Source of the DNA: Candidatus Omnitrophota bacterium | GTDB taxonomy: Bacteria > Omnitrophota > Gorgyraeia > Gygaellales > JBFMHM01 | Direction: 5' to 3' | Assembly (NCBI GenBank): GCA_040753015.1 | Contig: JBFMHM010000001.1 | Location: forward strand, 8,193-72,192 | DNA length: 64,000 nucleotides | Shown here: positions 43,201 through 50,129 of the stretch, piece by piece | Layout: every line of letters begins with the position of its first letter | Numbering within the stretch: the first letter of the stretch is position 1 | Made by a program: the position numbers and the translations under genes | Notes under the pieces: generated by a model | What the model saw: only the letters and a program-made list of their open reading frames with translations | The model's database searches: none | What the model was told of the DNA's origin: nothing

Positions 43201-43405
43201 TAAAGAAATATTAGAGCTAGTGCTTAAGCCGCTTACCGATGACCTTGCCGCGGCTAATGCAAGCGATCCAAATACAACATTAGAAGGAATGGAAGTATTA
43301 GCCAAAGCACAATCTGTATCGTCTAAAGGGCAAGGCGCAAAAACCGCGCCTGTTACAACCGGCGGCATTGACCTATCGCAAATACAGATTACGATGATTG
43401 GATAA
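34298..43405 (+). CDS. giant secreted multidomain protein (3035 aa) with HEAT/PBS-lyase-type repeats
   Basis: An uninterrupted 9.1-kb ORF with an N-terminal signal peptide ([22 protein letters not shown]). HEAT_2/PBS-type repeats lie near aa 570-680 ([20 protein letters not shown] x3). More lie in the C-terminal part ([40 protein letters not shown]). A Pro/Gln-rich linker is present. I could not assign the central domains. Confidence 0.8.
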   Translation: [3035 protein letters not shown]

Positions 43406-43463
43406 AAATTATTATTTCTCTGCTAAATTAATATGCTATAATTATGATTATTCAAATTTAATC

Positions 43464-44300
43464 ATGCAAAACTTTTCGCCTAAAAAACTAATTTTATCAG
43501 CACTAAAAGAAGATGCTGCGTTTAACGATATAACTTCTAAAACATTTATCCCAAAAAACTCGAAATCAAAAGCTTATCTAATTAATAAAGAACCCTGCGT
43601 TTTATGCGGCATAAATATTTTTAGACAAACGTTCCAAATGCTCGACAAAAACATCAAATTTACCTCTAAATATAAAGATGGCGCAATCCTAAGTAACAAC
43701 ACAAAAGTTGCTTTCATCTCTGGAAATACGCAAAAAATACTTTCTGCTGAACGCGTCGCCTTAAATTTTTTAACTCACCTATCTGGCGTTGCAACTTTAA
43801 CTAAAAAATTTGTTGACGCCATAAAACCATACAAAACTAAAATTATGGATACACGAAAAACTTTACCCGGGTTGCGTACATTAGAAAAATACGCTGTCCG
43901 ATGTGGCGGCGGATTCAATCATCGCATCAGCCTAAAAGATCAAATGTTAATAAAAGATAACCACCTTGCAGCTATCAATAAAGATTGGCCGACAATCCAT
44001 AAAGTAATTAAAAAAGCTAGGAGTAAGAATATAATTACTGAACTCGAAGTAACAAATTTAAATGATTTTAAAAAAGCCTTAGAAATAAAACCAGATATCA
44101 TCATGCTTGATAATATGAATTTAAAAGATATAAAAACCGCTGTTAAGTTACGCAACTTAAATAATGTTGAACTTGAAGTATCGGGGAACATTAATTTAAA
44201 AAATATAAGAGAAGTCGCTAAAACAGGCGTTGATAGAATCTCCATAGGCGCGTTAACTCATTCAGCGCAAGCCCCTGACTTTTCACTAGAGGTAAATTAA
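43464..44300 (+). CDS. nadC: nicotinate-nucleotide pyrophosphorylase (quinolinate phosphoribosyltransferase)
   Basis: The sequence AERVALNFLTHLSGVAT...DTRKTLPGLR...IKDNH is the NadC signature. The ORF track starts at 43398 inside the giant gene, but an ATG at 43464 (MQNFSPKK) is the likelier start. Confidence 0.88.
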   Translation: MQNFSPKKLILSALKEDAAFNDITSKTFIPKNSKSKAYLINKEPCVLCGINIFRQTFQMLDKNIKFTSKYKDGAILSNNTKVAFISGNTQKILSAERVALNFLTHLSGVATLTKKFVDAIKPYKTKIMDTRKTLPGLRTLEKYAVRCGGGFNHRISLKDQMLIKDNHLAAINKDWPTIHKVIKKARSKNIITELEVTNLNDFKKALEIKPDIIMLDNMNLKDIKTAVKLRNLNNVELEVSGNINLKNIREVAKTGVDRISIGALTHSAQAPDFSLEVN

Positions 44301-44301
44301 C

Positions 44302-44802
44302 ATGAAAAACATAAAAAATAATTTTATTATAGCGATATGTTTGTATTTGATTGATGTGTTTATACTGAACCAAGGAATAATTGCTATTTTTGTAATTTTT
44401 ATAATAATTTTTTTCCTTTTTCCAAGATTATTATTTACTATATTCAAAAAAGACAAAATGATAACTCAAGAAAGAGCAATTATTCTTCTTATATACATTT
44501 TAATGGTTATTGGTATAATCACTTCCAATAAACTAAATAATAAAATTGCGTTTATGCGTGCCAAAAAAATAATTCAGGCATGCGAAGAGTATAAATCAAA
44601 ATATCAAACATATCCAAACAAGCTATATGATCTTGTTCCAGAGTTTATAACTAAAATTCCTGTGGCTAAGCTTACGTTACAATTTAATAAATTCTACTAT
44701 ATTTCAAGTAATAATATGCATGCTATTTATTTCGTAAGCCGCCCGCCTTTTGGCAGGCCTATTTATAATCTAGAAAAAGGTTCTTGGGGATATCTAGACT
44801 AA
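44302..44802 (+). CDS. hypothetical small membrane protein
   Basis: Two or three transmembrane helices. No motifs. Confidence 0.4.
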   Translation: MKNIKNNFIIAICLYLIDVFILNQGIIAIFVIFIIIFFLFPRLLFTIFKKDKMITQERAIILLIYILMVIGIITSNKLNNKIAFMRAKKIIQACEEYKSKYQTYPNKLYDLVPEFITKIPVAKLTLQFNKFYYISSNNMHAIYFVSRPPFGRPIYNLEKGSWGYLD

Positions 44803-44818
44803 ATCGAATATCTAAAAC

Positions 44819-44847
44819 TTGAAAATCATTAAAAAATGTGGTATATT
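44819..44847 (+). promoter_or_regulatory. strong sigma70-type promoter TTGAAA-17-TATATT with extended -10 TG
   Basis: The -35 is at 44819-44824, the spacer is 17 nt, TG lies at -15/-14 and the -10 is at 44842-44847. It would drive the ORF-free region downstream. Confidence 0.5.
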
Positions 44848-44854
44848 TATATTA

Positions 44855-45151
44855 GAAGCAGGGCCGATAAAGGCAAACCACGAGAAATCGTGGGACATCA
44901 TAATGTAACAGTAAACGTCAATTAAACATTATGATCTCGAAATATAGCTTGTAAGTAAAAAATTAAGCTATAATCGAGGCAAAGCCGCAAGCCTAAATTG
45001 TTTAAGGAAGCAAGTCAGGCTTAAACAACAAGGTGGTTGGGTTGCCAAAGAGCGCCAGAACAGATCGAGGTGAGGAGAAGCAAAAATAGCGCCTCCTTAT
45101 CGGCCATTATTTATGATATAATAATCCCGAACATTAATTCGGGATTTTTTT
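44855..45151 (+). ncRNA. candidate structured non-coding RNA of about 295 nt, class unknown
   Basis: No ORF of 60 aa or more exists in 400 bp. The 5' GGCCGATAAAGG pairs with the 3' CCTCCTTATCGGCC. Internal hairpins include CCACGA-gaaa-TCGTGG, ATCATAATGT...ACATTATGAT, TATAGCTT...AAGCTATA and TTGTTTAAG-13nt-CTTAAACAA. The 3' end is a strong intrinsic terminator ATCCCGAA-cattaa-TTCGGGAT plus T7 (45124-45151). Confidence 0.45.
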
Positions 45152-45207
45152 ATTTATGCCACATTTTGGCATAAATAACCCACCAACGGGTTAGTGGCGG
45201 GTAAACA

Positions 45208-47196
45208 ATGTATTTTACGATGAAGAAATTTATTCTAAAAGCTCCGTACAAACCAGCTGGCGATCAACCAAAGGCAATTAAAGAATTAACCGCGGGTATT
45301 TTAGCTAAACAAAAATACCAAACGCTTCTTGGCGTAACCGGCTCCGGTAAAACATTTTGTCTAGCTAATGTTATAAAAAATATTAATAAACCAATCCTTG
45401 TTATATCCCCTAATAAAACTTTGGCGGCGCAGCTTTATTCTGAATTCAAAGAATACTTCCCACAAAATGCTGTTGAATATTTTGTAAGTTACTACGACTA
45501 CTATCAGCCAGAAAGCTACATTCCTCAAACTGATACCTATATTGAAAAAGATGCCTCAATCAATGACCGGCTTGACCGCCTTAGGCTTTCTGCAACCAGC
45601 TCGCTTATATCAAGAAACGATGTAATAATAGTTTCGTCTGTTTCATGTATATACAATTTAGGAGACCCGGCAGAATACAAAGATCAACTTATAGTTTTAA
45701 AAAATAATCAAAATATAGATCGCGACAATCTGCTGCGCCAATTAATTGAAATCCAGTATGAAAGGAATGATTACGAATTCACCAGAGGCAAAATCCGCGT
45801 AAGAGGCAATATCATTGAAGTGCTTCCTGCTTATAAAAAAGAGGCGTTTAGAATTGAGCTGTTTGATGATAAAATACAAAATATTACCGAGTTTGATCCT
45901 ATTAGCGGCAACTCTATCTCTAAATTAGAAAAAATTGCAATTTATCCAGCAAAACATTTTCTTATTTCTAAATCTCAAATTGATAACGCTGAAAAATCGA
46001 TTCAAGAAGAACTAGAAAAACAACTCAAAACTTTAAAGTCAAATGGCAAGCTTCTAGAAGCACAACGCCTCCAGTCGCGCACGAAATACGATCTTGAAAT
46101 GCTGCGTGAAATTGGTTATTGTCACGGCATAGAAAATTATTCTAGGCACTTATCAGCCAGGCCTCCTGGATCACGGCCATACTGTTTAATAGATTATTTT
46201 CCCAGAGATTTTCTTGTTATCATAGATGAATCACACGTAACCATACCTCAAATTCGAGGAATGTACGAAGGAGATAAAGCGCGTAAACAAACGCTTGTAG
46301 AATTTGGGTTTCGCCTGCCAAGCTGCCTTGATAATCGGCCGCTTCGTTTTGATGAGTTTGAAAACATGATAAATCAATCTATCTTTGTTTCGGCTACCCC
46401 GGCAGAATTTGAAATTAATAAATCAAAAAGTAATGTTATTGAACAAATCATAAGGCCTACTGGCCTTGCAGACCCTGAAATAATTATCCGCTCAACAAAT
46501 AATCAAATCGAGGATTTGATAAAAGAGATAAATATCCGTGTTAAAAAAAATGAGCGTGTATTAGTAACCACCTTAACTAAAAGAATGTCGGAAGACCTAA
46601 CAGCTTATCTAAAAGAAAAAGGAATAAAAGTTGAATATTTACATTCGGAAATACAAACAATACATAGATCTAAAATTTTACAAGACTTAAGAAAAAAGAA
46701 ATTCGACTGTGTTGTTGGAATCAACCTTCTAAGGGAGGGGCTTGATTTACCAGAGGTTTCGCTTGTTGCTATCTTAGATGCCGATAAAGAAGGATTCTTA
46801 CGCTCAACTACTTCACTAATCCAAACTGCCGGCCGTGCAGCACGAAACATAAACGGTAAAGTAATTATGTATGCAGATAATTTGACTGGGTCAATTAAAA
46901 GGGCGATTAGCGAAAGTGGACGGCGCCGAAAAATCCAACTAGAATTTAACAAAAAAAATAAGGTTACACCCAAATCAATTCAAAAAGCAATTAAAGAAGG
47001 TATTGAACAATACGATGAGGCAAAAAATTTAGTTTTTGAGGTAACCGAAGAGAGCAAGGATGAATACGAATTAAGGGAGTATATTGCAAGCCTTGAATAT
47101 GAAATGGAGCTAGCTAGCCGTAACCTACAGTTTGAAAAAGCCGCAGAACTAAGGGATAAGATTAAAGAATTGACCAAGCTAAAAAAGAAGGTATAA
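45208..47196 (+). CDS. uvrB: excinuclease ABC subunit B
   Basis: The sequence APYKPAGDQPKAI...LLGVTGSGKTF is the UvrB signature, and helicase motifs plus a C-terminal UvrB/UvrC-interaction coiled coil are present. The true start is probably the MKKFIL codon at 45220. Confidence 0.95.
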   Translation: MYFTMKKFILKAPYKPAGDQPKAIKELTAGILAKQKYQTLLGVTGSGKTFCLANVIKNINKPILVISPNKTLAAQLYSEFKEYFPQNAVEYFVSYYDYYQPESYIPQTDTYIEKDASINDRLDRLRLSATSSLISRNDVIIVSSVSCIYNLGDPAEYKDQLIVLKNNQNIDRDNLLRQLIEIQYERNDYEFTRGKIRVRGNIIEVLPAYKKEAFRIELFDDKIQNITEFDPISGNSISKLEKIAIYPAKHFLISKSQIDNAEKSIQEELEKQLKTLKSNGKLLEAQRLQSRTKYDLEMLREIGYCHGIENYSRHLSARPPGSRPYCLIDYFPRDFLVIIDESHVTIPQIRGMYEGDKARKQTLVEFGFRLPSCLDNRPLRFDEFENMINQSIFVSATPAEFEINKSKSNVIEQIIRPTGLADPEIIIRSTNNQIEDLIKEINIRVKKNERVLVTTLTKRMSEDLTAYLKEKGIKVEYLHSEIQTIHRSKILQDLRKKKFDCVVGINLLREGLDLPEVSLVAILDADKEGFLRSTTSLIQTAGRAARNINGKVIMYADNLTGSIKRAISESGRRRKIQLEFNKKNKVTPKSIQKAIKEGIEQYDEAKNLVFEVTEESKDEYELREYIASLEYEMELASRNLQFEKAAELRDKIKELTKLKKKV

Positions 47197-47205
47197 TTTA
47201 ATAAT

Positions 47206-47946
47206 ATGAGTCTAGTAATCGACATTGGCAACACAACAATTCACTTCGGTATTTTTGGAAAAGATAAATTAATTAAAAATTTCAAAGTAGAGACGCATTG
47301 CAATGCATCTCTACAAATAATAAAGTTAATTAAAAATAATTTTAAAATCCATCCTAACAAAATTATTATTTGCTCTGTAGTCCCAAAAGAAACTATCCGC
47401 CTTAAAAAAAATTTAAAACAAATTTTTAAAATTAATCCAATTATAGTTGGCCGCGATTTAGTTGTACCGATAAAAAATTTATACCTCAAACCAAAACAAG
47501 TTGGTCAGGACCGGCTTGTTAATGCTTATGCCGGTGTGGCATTTTACGGCAGCCCATTAATAGTAGTTGACTTTGGCACCGCGATTACTTTTGACATAAT
47601 CTCCAAGAATAAAGAATATTTAGGTGGAATGATTTTACCCGGCCTAAATATGTCACTAGAAGCACTTGGTCAAAAAACCGCACTTTTACCAAAGGTTAAA
47701 CTAACTAAACCAAAAGAATTTATTGGCCGTGATACAAAACAAAGCATACTTAGCGGAATAGTATATGGCTTTAGCGCAATGACGGATAATTTAACAGAAA
47801 GAATCAAAACAAAAATTGGTAAAAACGCTAAAATAATTGCAACTGGCGGAAATACAGATCTAGTTTCAAAATTCTCTAACAATATTAATGTCGTCGATAA
47901 AAATCTTACCTTAAAAGGATTAAATTTACTTGCACAACTTAGATAA
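47206..47946 (+). CDS. coaX: type III pantothenate kinase
   Basis: The N-terminus LVIDIGNTTIHFGIF and an ASKHA fold are present. The gene is 246 aa. Confidence 0.9.
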   Translation: MSLVIDIGNTTIHFGIFGKDKLIKNFKVETHCNASLQIIKLIKNNFKIHPNKIIICSVVPKETIRLKKNLKQIFKINPIIVGRDLVVPIKNLYLKPKQVGQDRLVNAYAGVAFYGSPLIVVDFGTAITFDIISKNKEYLGGMILPGLNMSLEALGQKTALLPKVKLTKPKEFIGRDTKQSILSGIVYGFSAMTDNLTERIKTKIGKNAKIIATGGNTDLVSKFSNNINVVDKNLTLKGLNLLAQLR

Positions 47947-47990
47947 TTATGATATACTTTTTATAAGTGAATAAAAGATTAGAAAACTAA

Positions 47991-48031
47991 AGGCTGTAAG
48001 GATTAGCAAATCTAACCTTACAGCCTTTTTC
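47991..48031 (+). terminator. intrinsic terminator after coaX (AGGCTGTAAGG...CCTTACAGCCT + TTTTT)
   Basis: An 11-bp perfect stem is followed by a T-run. Confidence 0.6.
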
Positions 48032-48054
48032 TTTATAACCCAAGGAGAACAACA

Positions 48055-48258
48055 ATGCATACTGGAAAAATAAAAAAAATAGTTCGTGACAGAGGCTTTG
48101 GTTTTATCAGTGACACAGACGGCCGAGAAGTATTTTTTCATCAATCAAGTTTAGTAGATGCAACATTTAATGACTTAAACGACGAACAAACTTTAGAATT
48201 TGATGTTGAAAAATCCGCAAAAGGGCCATGTGCAATTAATGTAAAAATCTTAAAATAA
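48055..48258 (+). CDS. cspA: cold-shock protein (CSD, CspA family)
   Basis: The sequence GKIKKIVRDRGFGFISDTDGREVFFHQS carries the RNP1 motif (GFGFI). Confidence 0.92.
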   Translation: MHTGKIKKIVRDRGFGFISDTDGREVFFHQSSLVDATFNDLNDEQTLEFDVEKSAKGPCAINVKILK

Positions 48259-48270
48259 AATATAGCTTAT

Positions 48271-49572
48271 ATGAAAATAGTTTTTATTGAACCTGCTGCC
48301 TCAAAAGCAAATGTTTATAGCAAATTACATATGCCTCTTTTAGGCCCTTTATACTTAGGAACAATTCTTAAAAATCTAGGGCACGAGGTTACAGTTTACA
48401 ATGAAAATATATATAAACCAGACTATTCTAAGATAAACGCTGATATTATAGGAATTTCTATTTTAACCTCAACAGCAAAACGCGGTTACGATATTGCTAC
48501 GTTATTTCCAAAAGAAAAAGTAATAATTGGTGGCGTGCATGCCAGCCTTTTACCTGAAGAAGCATTACGATTTGCCAGACAAGTAGTTATCGGTGAAGCC
48601 GAAAGTATAATTGCTAAAGTAATAGACGGTTCAATCAAAGATAAAGTTGTACAAGGTGTAGCTATCCAAAATTTAGACGAACTGCCATTTCCAGATTTTT
48701 CTTTGATTAAAGGCTATAAACCAAAACCAATCATTATGCCCATATCTAGTTCGCGAGGATGCCCCTTTGATTGCACATTCTGCTCTGTAACAAAAATATT
48801 CGGCAGGGCATACCGTTTTCGCAGCGCTGAAAACATCCTTAAGGAATTAAAATCAAGGGATGCAAAATCGTTCTTTTTTTGTGATGATAATTTTACGGCT
48901 AACCCAGAACGCACACGTATTTTATGTGAACTTATGTTAAAACACAAAACCCCGCGCTGGACAGCTCAAGTTCGTTGCGATGCAACCAAAAATGATTCAC
49001 TTTTAGGCCTTATGGCAAAAAGTGGATGCAGTGTCGTCTGCGTAGGGTTTGAATCAATTAATGTTAAAACTCTTTCTGCCTTCGAGAAAAAACAAAGCGT
49101 TAACGACATAATTAGCGCGATTCGTTCTTTCCATAGAAAAAAAATTAAAATTCACGGAATGTTTGTTTTAGGTAGCGATAGCGATGATGAAAAGACTGTA
49201 TGGGAAACTCTCAAATTTGCAATAAAGGAAAAAATTGACACTATTCAAATGATGATCTTAACGCCTTTTCCGGGAACTAAGGTTCACGAAGAGTTAAATA
49301 AGGAAAAACGGATATTTAACCGCGACTGGAGCTTATACGACGCCCAACATGCTGTATTCAATCCAAAATTAATATCGGCAAAACAATTACAAATAGCATC
49401 GCTTAAGGCACATGCAAAATTTTATTCTTTTTCTTCATCTTTATGTTTACTCCTTAAGCTGAATTTTCGCAATGCATTTTTTCGTTTTATGGGGTATAGA
49501 ATTGTTAAAGAATGGATAAGATGCAATTGTAAAATGCAATGGCTGTTACAAGTTTCACCAAAAATGAGTTAA
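48271..49572 (+). CDS. B12-binding domain radical SAM protein
   Basis: An N-terminal cobalamin-binding-like Rossmann domain is followed by the CxxxCxxC motif (SSRGCPFDCTFCSV) and a radical SAM core. Substrate unknown. Confidence 0.75.
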   Translation: MKIVFIEPAASKANVYSKLHMPLLGPLYLGTILKNLGHEVTVYNENIYKPDYSKINADIIGISILTSTAKRGYDIATLFPKEKVIIGGVHASLLPEEALRFARQVVIGEAESIIAKVIDGSIKDKVVQGVAIQNLDELPFPDFSLIKGYKPKPIIMPISSSRGCPFDCTFCSVTKIFGRAYRFRSAENILKELKSRDAKSFFFCDDNFTANPERTRILCELMLKHKTPRWTAQVRCDATKNDSLLGLMAKSGCSVVCVGFESINVKTLSAFEKKQSVNDIISAIRSFHRKKIKIHGMFVLGSDSDDEKTVWETLKFAIKEKIDTIQMMILTPFPGTKVHEELNKEKRIFNRDWSLYDAQHAVFNPKLISAKQLQIASLKAHAKFYSFSSSLCLLLKLNFRNAFFRFMGYRIVKEWIRCNCKMQWLLQVSPKMS

Positions 49573-49737
49573 AATGAAACATATTAAAGTTTCGCACAAG
49601 GGAAGAAAATGCAGATACCGTAATTGCACAAATATTCTAAGCATTTACAACCACGAAAACTACTGCCATGTCCATATCTCAATAATTAACGATAGAATTC
49701 CCGTTAAAACTCCCAAAACAAAATAAAAATTTTTTTC

Positions 49738-49766
49738 TTGACAAACTTTTTTCCATCATTTATAAT
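49738..49766 (+). promoter_or_regulatory. consensus sigma70-type promoter TTGACA-17-TATAAT for groESL
   Basis: A perfect -35 at 49738-49743 and a perfect -10 at 49761-49766. Confidence 0.6.
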
Positions 49767-49792
49767 TAGCACTCGTTATCGTTGAGTGCTAA
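49766..49792 (+). promoter_or_regulatory. CIRCE element (HrcA operator) TTAGCACTC-N9-GAGTGCTAA
   Basis: A perfect match to the CIRCE consensus inverted repeat, overlapping the -10 and lying upstream of groES. Confidence 0.9.
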
Positions 49793-49824
49793 AAACAACA
49801 ATAAACCATAAAGGAGGTGGATAC

Positions 49825-50115
49825 ATGTCTATACAACCATTGGGTGACAGAGTGCTAATAAAAGCGCTTGAAGCAGAAGAAAAAACAAAAGGCGGCATAG
49901 TTCTTCCTGATACAGCAAAAGAGAAACCACAGGAAGGAAAAGTCGTCGCGGTAGGTAAAGGCAAAACGCTAGATAACGGCTCAATACAAACACTTGAAGT
50001 TAAAGCCGGAGATAAAGTACTTTACGGAAAATATTCTGGCACAGAAATCACAACTAAAGAAGGCGAAGAATATCTAATAATGAAAGAAGAAGATATCTTA
50101 GCTATAGTGAAATAA
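49825..50115 (+). CDS. groES: co-chaperonin GroES
   Basis: The sequence [13 protein letters not shown]...[23 protein letters not shown] is the GroES signature. The RBS AAAGGAGG lies 6 nt upstream of the ATG at 49825. The ORF-track start at 49786 is too early. Confidence 0.93.
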   Translation: MSIQPLGDRVLIKALEAEEKTKGGIVLPDTAKEKPQEGKVVAVGKGKTLDNGSIQTLEVKAGDKVLYGKYSGTEITTKEGEEYLIMKEEDILAIVK

Positions 50116-50129
50116 GAGGAGGAAACGTA

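Noticed and set aside
44855-45151. Assignment of the candidate ncRNA to tmRNA, RNase P RNA or SRP RNA
   Set aside because: I could not find the tRNA-like T-arm (GGTTCGAATCC) and tag reading frame of tmRNA. Nor could I find the P4 (AGGAAAGUCC) or ACAGAA motifs of RNase P. The GGAAGCAGCC order of SRP domain IV is also absent. The RNA is left as class unknown.
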